A DNA stretch of 35,238 nt from Thermoplasmata archaeon M9B1D (GTDB lineage Archaea; Thermoplasmatota; E2; DHVEG-1): the NCBI GenBank assembly GCA_002900535.1, contig MUGC01000001.1, forward strand, positions 1 to 35,238, read 5' to 3'. Shown here one piece after another: positions 1 to 6,258 of this stretch. The notes under the pieces are model-generated. The model did not search any database. It was not told where the DNA came from and saw only the letters and a list, made by a program, of their open reading frames with translations. Numbering within the stretch: the stretch's first letter is position 1; each line of letters begins with the position of its first letter. The translations under genes and the position numbers were made by a program.

Positions 1-144
1 TTTTTTGTCTTTCAATGTTTTATTTCCTATTAAATTTTTCAAAATTTCATTGCGGGGGGGAGAATTTATTGTAGCTTTCGGAAGAGTTTTGCAAATTTCA
101 TTCCAAATCGACATTAACTCTAAGATTATATCCCCCCCCTCTTT
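1..144. repeat. Terminal direct repeat, left copy (identical to 35095-35238)
   Basis: Read directly: bases 1-144 (ttttttgtctttcaatg...tatatcccccccctcttt) recur exactly at 35095-35238. This indicates circular closure/assembly overlap or true terminal redundancy. Confidence 0.95.
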
Positions 145-501
145 AATATCATTATCATTATCATTATCATTATCATTATCATTATCGGGTTTTTTGGGTT
201 TTGTTGGGTTTTGTTGGGTTTCCAAAAAACCCACTGGGTTATTTGGGTTTTTTGGTCTTCCTCCTTGAGAACCATTGATTTTATTGCGTTCGCAAATCTT
301 TTTATATTTTTCATCATCTCTTTTAAACTGATTTACGAAAGGAGCAATTGCCATTTCTAATCCAAAATCCAAATTAGAAAGCGTACCATTTTTTTTGAAT
401 TGATAAATTGATTTTATAAATTTTCCAGCTTGTTCATCGGTCATTTTTTCCAAAATTTCTAAGCTGTCTAAATGTAATATAAAGCTATTTTTTTTTGTCA
501 T
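1..501 (-). CDS. Junction-spanning CDS, N-terminal part (DUF6291-like N-terminal domain protein; 219 aa once the circle is closed)
   Basis: ATG at 501 (minus); the frame is open to base 1. Translation: MTKKNSFILHLDSLEILEKMTDEQAGKFIKSIYQFKKNG...CERNKINGSQGGRPKNPNNP...(DN)6.DIKEGGD. MTDEQAG and NG..GGRPK are the DUF6291-type pattern. The frame is in phase with 35094->34936. The ORF is absent from the track because it runs off the window edge. Confidence 0.75.
   Translation of the reverse strand, partial: MTKKNSFILHLDSLEILEKMTDEQAGKFIKSIYQFKKNGTLSNLDFGLEMAIAPFVNQFKRDDEKYKKICERNKINGSQGGRPKNPNNPVGFLETQQNPTKPKKPDNDNDNDNDNDNDIKEGGDIILELMSIWNEICKTLPKATINSPPRNEILKNLIGNKTLKDKK
148..186. repeat. Hexanucleotide tandem repeat (ATCATT)x6.5, in frame, encoding (Asp-Asn)n in the junction CDS
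   Basis: Read directly: atcattatcatt... covers 39 nt. On the coding (minus) strand it is GATAAT x6 + GAT. Confidence 0.95.
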
Positions 502-524
502 ATCCCAAAATCTAGTTCAAGGGC

Positions 525-556
525 GTAGAATTAAAGGAACTAGTCTTTAATTCTAC
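525..556. promoter_or_regulatory. Perfect 12-bp inverted repeat (gtagaattaaag-N8-ctttaattctac) in the 5' UTR/operator region of the junction CDS
   Basis: Arms are 525-536 and 545-556; the loop gaactagt contains an ACTAGT palindrome. No T-run follows on either strand, so it is not an intrinsic terminator. It lies between the predicted promoter (603-630) and the ATG at 501. Confidence 0.5.
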
Positions 557-602
557 AAAATAAAGATGTAATGGAAAATAAAATTTATCTTCCCTTTATT
601 TC

Positions 603-630
603 ATATTAGAACAGATTTTTAATTTGTCAA
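603..630 (-). promoter_or_regulatory. Sigma70-like promoter for the junction CDS
   Basis: On the minus strand: TTGACA (630-625), 16-nt spacer, TAATAT (608-603). GGCACAATT repeats (642-650, 687-695) and an inverted TGTGCC (670-675, paired with GGCACA at 687-692) lie just upstream. Confidence 0.4.
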
Positions 631-735
631 TGGTTAATTTTGGCACAATTGATAAGACTTTTGAGTGTGTGTGCCATTTTGATACAGGCACAATTTTAAC
701 TTGTGTTAGCCTAAAAAGTTTTAATTTTGGTTAAT

Positions 736-1008
736 CTAATTTTTGTTTTTTTCTACGTTGATAATATTCTTTCTATATTCTTTCATATATTCCTTCTTAT
801 ATTCCTTATACTTATCAGTTTTCTGATATTTCTTCTGATATTCCTTATACTTATCAGTTTTCTGATATTCTTTATTATATTCTTTATTATATTCTTTATT
901 ACTTTCCAAAAAACATATTTTACATAAACTTTTATAACGCTTATAAAACTTTTCTGGATTACTCTCTCCGCATTCTCTACAAAGATGAGGTTTTAGTTTT
1001 CTTGGCAT
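736..1008 (-). CDS. Small zinc-ribbon protein with K/E/Y-rich repeats (resembles the N-terminal region of phage HNH/AP2-type proteins but has no nuclease domain)
   Basis: 90 aa: MPRKLKPHLCRECGES...SLCKICFLESNKEYNKEYNKEY.... It has CxxC...CxxC followed by in-frame tandem repeats. Confidence 0.65.
   Translation of the reverse strand: MPRKLKPHLCRECGESNPEKFYKRYKSLCKICFLESNKEYNKEYNKEYQKTDKYKEYQKKYQKTDKYKEYKKEYMKEYRKNIINVEKNKN
802..903. repeat. In-frame tandem repeats inside CDS 736-1008 (39-nt unit x2, 12-nt unit x3)
   Basis: ttccttatacttatcagttttctgatatt occurs at 802-830 and 841-869. ttctttattata occurs at 868-879 and 880-891, with a variant copy at 892-903. Confidence 0.9.
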
Positions 1009-1009
1009 A

Positions 1010-1207
1010 TTATTTTAATTTATTAAGTAGTTCATTTAAGTTATAAACTTTACATCTTTTAAATATATTGAAAGGCAAACTCATTCTAAATTTATCAGCC
1101 TCTTCATAAGAATTAAAAATAGTTTCCTTTCCAAACATATCGAGAATTTCTATGTCTTTTTTACGACATTTTTCAGTATTTCTTATAACATAGCCTTTAT
1201 CATTCAT
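1010..1207 (-). CDS. hypothetical protein
   Basis: 65-aa ORF in the operon string. Its start overlaps the stop of the upstream ORF (ATGA). Confidence 0.6.
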   Translation of the reverse strand: MNDKGYVIRNTEKCRKKDIEILDMFGKETIFNSYEEADKFRMSLPFNIFKRCKVYNLNELLNKLK

Positions 1208-1380
1208 TTTAATTTAAACTTTTTCTTTAATAAATAATTCATCATGGATTGTCTTAATTGTTCGGGAGAAGATAAAGCCTTATTTATCTCTTTCTCCTTC
1301 TCCTCCCTTTCAACTTCCCTAACTATCTCATCTAAACGCTTTTCTGCGTATGCTGATGAGTATTCTTCACTTCTATACAT
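1204..1380 (-). CDS. hypothetical protein (58 aa, below the ORF-track cutoff)
   Basis: Hand translation: MYRSEEYSSAYAEKRLDEIVREVEREEKEKEINKALSSPEQLRQSMMNYLLKKKFKLK. It fills the gap between neighbouring genes and has an ATGA overlap with the next gene. Confidence 0.5.
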   Translation of the reverse strand: MYRSEEYSSAYAEKRLDEIVREVEREEKEKEINKALSSPEQLRQSMMNYLLKKKFKLK

Positions 1381-1382
1381 AT

Positions 1383-1565
1383 TTATCCTTTTTTATTGTT
1401 TAATTCCTCAAAACTTTTCCATTTTTGATTAGGCAATTTGACTCTTAAATCATTAGTCAAATTAGCAAAGATTATTTTAATGTCATCTAATAAATCGCTT
1501 AAGGATTGTCTTGAGTTATAAGAAGTAAATCTCTTTTCACTTCCATTTTCTAAATACACTAACAT
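1383..1565 (-). CDS. hypothetical protein (first gene of the leftward operon)
   Basis: 60-aa ORF preceded by a strong SD (aaagggaggaattATG). Confidence 0.65.
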   Translation of the reverse strand: MLVYLENGSEKRFTSYNSRQSLSDLLDDIKIIFANLTNDLRVKLPNQKWKSFEELNNKKG

Positions 1566-1584
1566 AATTCCTCCCTTTGTTATG

Positions 1585-1711
1585 AGGGGATTTCTCCCCT
1601 CTTGGAGAACAACGCTTTAAAACATTGCTCTCCGCCCATACGGTTGGTTGAATGAGTGGGGAGAGAGTGGTAATGCAACAATTAACAGAAATTATTGCCT
1701 CTTCCCCCACG
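1585..1711 (-). promoter_or_regulatory. Structured GC-rich 5' leader: three stem-loops on the minus-strand transcript
   Basis: H1 spans 1711-1657, with an inner stem 1699-1691/1684-1676. H2 pairs 1634-1626 with 1613-1605. H3 is gagggga-GAAA-tcccctc (1602-1585). Two positions are G.U on the minus strand but C.A on the plus strand. The H3 loop is a GNRA tetraloop only on the minus strand. Confidence 0.55.
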
Positions 1712-1797
1712 TGAACCTAATTAAATGGTTTAATTATTTATATAACTCAATGTTATCTGTATAAATAATCAAGTTAAATTTTAATCAAGTAAACAAA

Positions 1798-1826
1798 TTA
1801 TTACATTATATTTCTGATTTGTCAAC
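1798..1826 (-). promoter_or_regulatory. Sigma70-like leftward early promoter (PL-like)
   Basis: On the minus strand: TTGACA (1826-1821), 17-nt spacer, AATAAT (1803-1798). Two direct TAATCAAGT repeats (1767-1775, 1783-1791) lie around and just downstream of the start-site region. Confidence 0.45.
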
Positions 1827-1888
1827 TTGCTTTATTTATAAGTGTTTATGATTAATGCTGTTTTATTTTGAGACGATATAAATTAGCT

Positions 1889-1917
1889 TGACTATTAGGA
1901 TTTACAAGTTCATAATG
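1889..1917 (+). promoter_or_regulatory. Sigma70-like promoter of a short rightward transcript
   Basis: TTGACT (1889-1894), 17-nt spacer, CATAAT (1912-1917). Confidence 0.45.
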
Positions 1918-1923
1918 AGATTA

Positions 1924-2019
1924 ACAATATTTTTTTTAAATTTCATAGTGTTTTTATTAATAATAATATTATTTATTATTGGTTTAAGTATCTACATTAA
2001 TTTGTAGATACTTTTTTTG
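1924..2019 (+). ncRNA. Candidate ~96-nt AU-rich sRNA bounded by a promoter and an intrinsic terminator. The region alternatively encodes a 30-aa hydrophobic peptide (1916-2008).
   Basis: The predicted start is about 7 nt after the -10. The transcript ends at the hairpin plus T-run at 1988-2019. ORF 1916-2008 (MRLTIFFLNFIVFLLIIILFIIGLSIYINL) has no SD, and its ATG overlaps the -10, so this promoter would not include it. Confidence 0.35.
1988..2019 (+). terminator. Rho-independent terminator
   Basis: Perfect 10-bp stem agtatctaca/tgtagatact with a 6-nt loop, followed by TTTTTT. There is no T-run on the opposite strand. Confidence 0.7.
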
Positions 2020-2153
2020 TTAATCAGTAAATTCCACCAGTTCCCCCTACAAGATTCACTTTCATAGTTCGAATAACGTTAATTGTGCCTAGCCAGATAA
2101 GTTGTATCAAAATAAAACTATGATTTATGTCCATTCTTTATTTATAGGCTATT

Positions 2154-2181
2154 TGCTTATTTGTATTTATGATGTATAATT
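2154..2181 (+). promoter_or_regulatory. Sigma70-like rightward early promoter (PR-like)
   Basis: TTGCTT (2154-2159), 16-nt spacer, TATAAT (2176-2181). It lies about 40 nt upstream of the first + strand gene. Confidence 0.4.
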
Positions 2182-2222
2182 GTGTTAGTTTGAATTAATT
2201 ATTAATATAAAAAAGGTATATA

Positions 2223-2477
2223 ATGAATAAAAAAAATGAAATAGAGATAAATGGTGAAGTTTATATTAAAAAATCGGCTATAAAATATGATAAAAAAGTA
2301 ATTAAAGAAATAAAATTAGGACACGACCTCGCATATAATCGCTACGACCAAAGGCTTAATTTAGAAACAGGCTTGTTATGGTTTAGAGATAAAAACTGCG
2401 AATGGGATTTTATTAAAACGGAATTAAGTAAAAAAATTGATAAGGAAAAGGAGAAAAATGTTAGAAACAATAAATAA
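2223..2477 (+). CDS. hypothetical protein
   Basis: 84-aa ORF, the first gene of the rightward operon. Confidence 0.7.
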   Translation: MNKKNEIEINGEVYIKKSAIKYDKKVIKEIKLGHDLAYNRYDQRLNLETGLLWFRDKNCEWDFIKTELSKKIDKEKEKNVRNNK

Positions 2478-2607
2478 CATAGCGCAAAATTGCGAAAATA
2501 TTCTCAAGATTATAGATGATATTGAGCAAGAACAAATAAACGCAATGTCAAGAAGTAATGACGATGATTTGCAAGATTTGGATTATTATTTACAGGAGGG
2601 GAAATAA
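2458..2607 (+). CDS. hypothetical protein (49 aa, below the ORF-track cutoff)
   Basis: Hand translation: MLETINNIAQNCENILKIIDDIEQEQINAMSRSNDDDLQDLDYYLQEGK. The SD is aaggagaaaaATG. Its stop overlaps the next start (TAATG). Confidence 0.55.
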   Translation: MLETINNIAQNCENILKIIDDIEQEQINAMSRSNDDDLQDLDYYLQEGK

Positions 2608-2849
2608 TGGGATTTTTTAAATCATTATTTTGTAATCACGATTATAAATTAGTTAAAAGTAGTATAGGAACTTGGACAAAAAAAGGAGAACCATTTGATT
2701 ATTGCTTTTTTAATTCTCTAATTTGTAAAAAATGCAAAAAAACTAAAATAAAATGTTGGGGATTTGAAGCAAAAAAACATTGGATTTATCCACGTTTAAA
2801 ACAGAAATTGAATACTTATAAATGTAAAAATCATAAGGAGAAAAAATGA
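2607..2849 (+). CDS. hypothetical Cys-rich (zinc-finger-like) protein
   Basis: 80 aa with CNHD...CKKCKK...C motifs. The SD is caggaggggaaataATG. Confidence 0.7.
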   Translation: MGFFKSLFCNHDYKLVKSSIGTWTKKGEPFDYCFFNSLICKKCKKTKIKCWGFEAKKHWIYPRLKQKLNTYKCKNHKEKK

Positions 2850-3469
2850 ACAAAGTTGGAATATACGAAAAATTAGGCGCAATTCAAACTGAATTAAAAG
2901 CACCTAAAAATCAGTTTAACGCTTTTGGAAAATATAAATATAGAAGTTGCGAAGATATTTTGGAAGCATTAAAACCTTTGCTTTCTAAACACGGATTAAG
3001 TCTTGTAATAACTGATGATTTAATATTAATAGGTAGTAGGTATTACATAAAAGCAACTGCAACAATTTATGATATTAAAAATGAAGATAAAAAACTTTCC
3101 GCTTGTGCTTTTGCAAGAGAAGAAGAAAACAAAAAAGGACAAGACGGCTCACAGATTACAGGCTCAAGTTCAAGTTATGCTCGTAAATACGCGCTTAATG
3201 GCTTATTTTTGATTGATGATACAAAAGATAGTGACGGAACAAATAAACACGGAAAGGAAAAGAAAAAAGAGAAGATGAAAGATGTTGAAGCCAATAAAAT
3301 TGAAATTGATGAAGCTATTGAACACGCTCAAACAATAGAAGAAGTGCAAAAGACAAAAGAAGTTTATAAACATAAATGGAATTATTTAAAATTAAATTCA
3401 AAAGCCGATTATGATGAATTGATTGAGAAGGCAAAAAAGAAAATTGATTTATTAAAGGAGGAGAAATGA
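2846..3469 (+). CDS. erf: ERF-family single-strand annealing recombinase
   Basis: APKNQFNAFGKYKYRSCEDILEALKPLL...RYYIKATATI...FAREEENKKGQDGSQITGSSSSYARKYALNGLF closely parallels the phage P22 Erf N-terminal domain as I recall it. Confidence 0.9.
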   Translation: MNKVGIYEKLGAIQTELKAPKNQFNAFGKYKYRSCEDILEALKPLLSKHGLSLVITDDLILIGSRYYIKATATIYDIKNEDKKLSACAFAREEENKKGQDGSQITGSSSSYARKYALNGLFLIDDTKDSDGTNKHGKEKKKEKMKDVEANKIEIDEAIEHAQTIEEVQKTKEVYKHKWNYLKLNSKADYDELIEKAKKKIDLLKEEK

Positions 3470-4089
3470 TTTACGCAATAGACATTGAAACAATACCAAA
3501 TGAAGAGGCAATTTGTTTATTACCGGAAGTAAAAGCAAAAGCAAATTTAAAAGACGAAAAAAAGATAAAAGAGGATATTGAGGCAAAAAGACAAATACAA
3601 ATAGAGAAAATGGCTCTTTGTCCCGAATTTGGCAAAATTGCTTGTATAGGAATTTATGGAGAGGATAAAAAAGAAGTTTTAGTTGGAGAAGAAAAAGAAA
3701 TATTACAAAAATTTTTATTTGAATTTTTACCAAATATAAATTTGGCACAAATTGTAACTTATAATGGAAAGGGGTTTGATTTTAATTTTATAATAAAACG
3801 TGCTTTGTATTATAGATTAGTTCGTATTTGGGAATTAAAAGTATGGTGCGATAAATATAATGCTACTAATATGCACGTGGATTTAATGTCTGAATATTGT
3901 AGATATGGAGAATATAAAAGCTTGGATTTATTAAGCGCTGTTTATTTAGGAGAAAAGAAAATTGAATTTGATGTCAAAGAAATTCCCGAATTGATGAAAA
4001 CCGAAGAAGGAATAAAAAAATTAAAAGAATATTGTTTAAAAGACTGTGAATTAACTTATAAATTAGCAAAAAAATTTGGATATGAATAA
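3466..4089 (+). CDS. RNase H-fold 3'-5' exonuclease (PolB-exonuclease-like, PF10108-type)
   Basis: MIYAIDIETIPN (ExoI DxE motif), YNGKGFDFNFI (ExoII-like) and a C-terminal YCLKDCELT (ExoIII-like Y..xD). Confidence 0.7.
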   Translation: MIYAIDIETIPNEEAICLLPEVKAKANLKDEKKIKEDIEAKRQIQIEKMALCPEFGKIACIGIYGEDKKEVLVGEEKEILQKFLFEFLPNINLAQIVTYNGKGFDFNFIIKRALYYRLVRIWELKVWCDKYNATNMHVDLMSEYCRYGEYKSLDLLSAVYLGEKKIEFDVKEIPELMKTEEGIKKLKEYCLKDCELTYKLAKKFGYE

Positions 4090-4300
4090 CAATAAAGAAT
4101 ACGTAAAAATAACAGATAAACAAGGCGAATTATTACCGCTAAGAAAAATTATAAAGAAGATAATCAATTTAACTTACAAGCTTAAATTGATACCTACTGA
4201 AGCTTGTAAAAAGCTTAAAATTGGTAGGGCTACTTTTTATCGATATGCTGATAAGAAGAATTTTAATAAAAAAAAGAGGAGAAATAATGTTAAAAAATAG
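4076..4300 (+). CDS. small helix-turn-helix DNA-binding protein
   Basis: 74 aa. ...EACKKLKIGRATFYRYADKKNF is resolvase/HTH_7-like, followed by a basic tail. Confidence 0.6.
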   Translation: MDMNNNKEYVKITDKQGELLPLRKIIKKIINLTYKLKLIPTEACKKLKIGRATFYRYADKKNFNKKKRRNNVKK

Positions 4301-4487
4301 AAAAAAAATACTAAATAAAATATTTCAAACTAATTTAATAATATTCTATTTTTGTTTAATAATTTTACTTTTAGTAAGCGTTAGTCAATTAAGAGAAACG
4401 CAAATATTTAATATTTGTGTAATAATTTTTAAAATAACCGGTTGTTTAATACCAATCTTAAAAATAATAGAAATTTGGATTGAATGA
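4287..4487 (+). CDS. small membrane protein (start refined from track ORF 4221-4487)
   Basis: Internal ATG at 4287 with SD aagaggagaaataATG. Two hydrophobic segments (LIIFYFCLIILLLV, ICVIIFKITGCLIPIL). Confidence 0.55.
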   Translation: MLKNRKKILNKIFQTNLIIFYFCLIILLLVSVSQLRETQIFNICVIIFKITGCLIPILKIIEIWIE

Positions 4488-4981
4488 AAGAATTTATAAT
4501 TAAAGGAACAAGAGATTTTACTGAACTAGAAGACGAAATCGGCATAAGAAAAGCTAAAATCTTCACAGAAACAGGCATTGAACCTTTTGTTGTAATCATA
4601 AAAAGTATAGAGGCTTGGAAAACAAATAAGCAAAATAAATGTTTCCATAGCTTGCTTAATCTTTTCTTTCGCTCTGGTTGTTTCTCTCAACAAGCAAACA
4701 ATGTTGATGAGTTAAAGAATTACTACAAAAATAAAATAGGATTGATTAAATGCTATTTGTATTTTAATGGGGAAAAGATGATTAAGGTTAAGGAAAAGAA
4801 CGAGATACCTGCTCACTATCCTCAACGAGCAAGATTTAAAATTTTGGATAGCTGGAGTAATGCAACGAAGAAACAAGCAAGAGATGGAATTGATTTGTTG
4901 ATTGCAGAAATGAAGATGAGCGGGATTGAACAAACAAGTTATTGTAAGGAGTTCAACGAGATTATTAAAAAATTGGAGTAA
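4484..4981 (+). CDS. NinB-like recombination protein (tentative)
   Basis: PFVVIIKS...KTNKQNKCFHSLLNLF and DSWSNATKKQARDGIDLLIAEMKMSGI parallel lambda NinB segments PIVVTIQ...RSLDQNRKLWACLGDV and GQSTSRMRVGEFAELLELIQAFGTERGV. Confidence 0.5.
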   Translation: MKEFIIKGTRDFTELEDEIGIRKAKIFTETGIEPFVVIIKSIEAWKTNKQNKCFHSLLNLFFRSGCFSQQANNVDELKNYYKNKIGLIKCYLYFNGEKMIKVKEKNEIPAHYPQRARFKILDSWSNATKKQARDGIDLLIAEMKMSGIEQTSYCKEFNEIIKKLE

Positions 4982-4992
4982 GTAAAAAAAAT

Positions 4993-5169
4993 ATGATAGC
5001 AAAAGATGATAGAATAGGTTTTAAAATTTCAAAAAATCTAAAACAAAAATTTAAAAAGGCGATTGAGTCAGACGATAAATATATACAAAAAGAATATTCC
5101 CAATGTATGTGCGATTTAATAGAAGCTTATGTTAAAAAAATGGAGAAAATAATAAAAAGGAAAGTATGA
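4993..5169 (+). CDS. hypothetical protein (58 aa, possible ribbon-helix-helix)
   Basis: Hand translation: MIAKDDRIGFKISKNLKQKFKKAIESDDKYIQKEYSQCMCDLIEAYVKKMEKIIKRKV. Its stop overlaps the next start (ATGA). Confidence 0.45.
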   Translation: MIAKDDRIGFKISKNLKQKFKKAIESDDKYIQKEYSQCMCDLIEAYVKKMEKIIKRKV

Positions 5170-5339
5170 AATACGATAAAAACGAAGTAAAAGAAGCTTG
5201 GGATTTAGCTTGTGATATAAAAGAAGACGCAAGTACAGAATTTTTATTACAAGCAACTTGCGATATTTTAAGAGAAAAATATAAAGATAAATATAACGAT
5301 ATTTGCGGTTGGGACGTTGCAGAAATTTTGGAGGAATAA
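5166..5339 (+). CDS. hypothetical protein (57 aa)
   Basis: Hand translation: MKYDKNEVKEAWDLACDIKEDASTEFLLQATCDILREKYKDKYNDICGWDVAEILEE. Its stop overlaps the next start (TAATG). Confidence 0.5.
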   Translation: MKYDKNEVKEAWDLACDIKEDASTEFLLQATCDILREKYKDKYNDICGWDVAEILEE

Positions 5340-5524
5340 TGTTTAAATTTTTAAAATATATAAAACTAATTAAAAAAATTAAAAAACTAATACAAAATGA
5401 AAAAGAAGTTTTAAATATTTTGCAAAAGGCAGAAAGAGGCACTCATACTTTCGATATAGAGTTAAAAACAAAGATCGCAAAAGAAAAAATAAAAATGTTA
5501 AAAAAATTAATAAAAGAGGAATAA
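5339..5524 (+). CDS. hypothetical protein (start refined from track ORF 5303-5524)
   Basis: ATG at 5339 follows SD ttggaggaataATG. 61 aa, K-rich helical. Confidence 0.55.
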   Translation: MFKFLKYIKLIKKIKKLIQNEKEVLNILQKAERGTHTFDIELKTKIAKEKIKMLKKLIKEE

Positions 5525-5527
5525 GTT

Positions 5528-5914
5528 ATGAAAACAAATCTTAAATTTCAATTGGTTAAGTTTGAAGGGGCTTTGGCGTTCCAAATACATGAGCAAACTG
5601 AAGAGTGGAGAGAGAAAAGAAACAAAAAAATTTATCCTCACGAAGTTTTAGAATTTTATGCTAAAAAAAATATTCATATTTATTCTTTAAGAATTCCAGA
5701 TTTACGAATATCTCCTTATAATTTTGATATAGGATTACAAGGAATTAATAGAAAGAAAAATAATAGAGTTTGTTTATATAATAATTGTGGTAGTGATTAT
5801 TATTATAAAAAAATCCTTGAAGCCTTAAAACAATGGTCGGCTCACGTTTACAAAGAAACAAACCGAGAAGAACAACCTTTTCAAGATTTAGGAAACGGGG
5901 TTTTTGTTGTATAG
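5528..5914 (+). CDS. hypothetical protein
   Basis: 128-aa ORF with SD aagaggaataagttATG. Confidence 0.75.
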   Translation: MKTNLKFQLVKFEGALAFQIHEQTEEWREKRNKKIYPHEVLEFYAKKNIHIYSLRIPDLRISPYNFDIGLQGINRKKNNRVCLYNNCGSDYYYKKILEALKQWSAHVYKETNREEQPFQDLGNGVFVV

Positions 5915-5916
5915 TC

Positions 5917-6025
5917 AACTTGACCAGAAAGTGGTCAAGTTAGTGGTCAAGTTAAGTAGCAGTTAAATAAAAACTGTTAGTATTTATAAGGGTTTAAGTT
6001 ATTTTGTATGTTAACAAGTTAAGTA
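5917..6025. promoter_or_regulatory. Cluster of TGGTCAAGTT / CAAGTTAAGTA repeats in a 128-nt intergenic gap (iteron- or operator-like)
   Basis: aacttgacca (5917-5926) is the inverted copy of tggtcaagtt, which occurs at 5932-5941 and 5944-5953. caagttaagta occurs at 5948-5958 and 6015-6025. No T-run follows the 10-bp hairpin. Confidence 0.45.
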
Positions 6026-6042
6026 AAAATGAGGAGGTTAAG

Positions 6043-6258
6043 TTGAAAGGTTTTATTTATAAAGACATTAAAAGATTATGTAAAGAATATGGCAGACATA
6101 TTGAAGATTTTTCTTACTTTATGCGAGGTCAAACAGTTTGTGCTTGGAAAGATGGATTTTCCGCTTTTTATTACCTTAAAGATGTTAATAAATTCTTTAA
6201 AATGAATTTAGAAGAACAAGCAAGAGAATTGGAGGAAAAAGAAGATGAAGGAAATTAA
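6043..6258 (+). CDS. hypothetical protein (TTG start preferred over track start 6004)
   Basis: GAGGAGG at 6031-6037 lies 5 nt upstream of the TTG at 6043. The track start at 6004 is also TTG but has no SD. Confidence 0.6.
   Translation: MKGFIYKDIKRLCKEYGRHIEDFSYFMRGQTVCAWKDGFSAFYYLKDVNKFFKMNLEEQARELEEKEDEGN

Noticed and set aside
641-656. A sigma54 promoter (TGGCAC -24 element).
   Set aside because: There is no TTGC at the -12 spacing. The orientation points away from any gene. The motif recurs as a repeat set, which fits protein-binding sites better.
148-903. CRISPR-like or mini-array interpretation of the short tandem repeats at 148-186 and 802-903.
   Set aside because: The repeats are directly adjacent, with no spacers. 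They are in frame inside CDSs (DN and KEY-type peptide repeats) and have no cas genes or leader.
1916-2008. A type I toxin call for the 30-aa hydrophobic ORF.
   Set aside because: It has no SD, and its ATG overlaps the -10 hexamer of the only promoter that could serve it. It is kept only as an alternative under the sRNA candidate.
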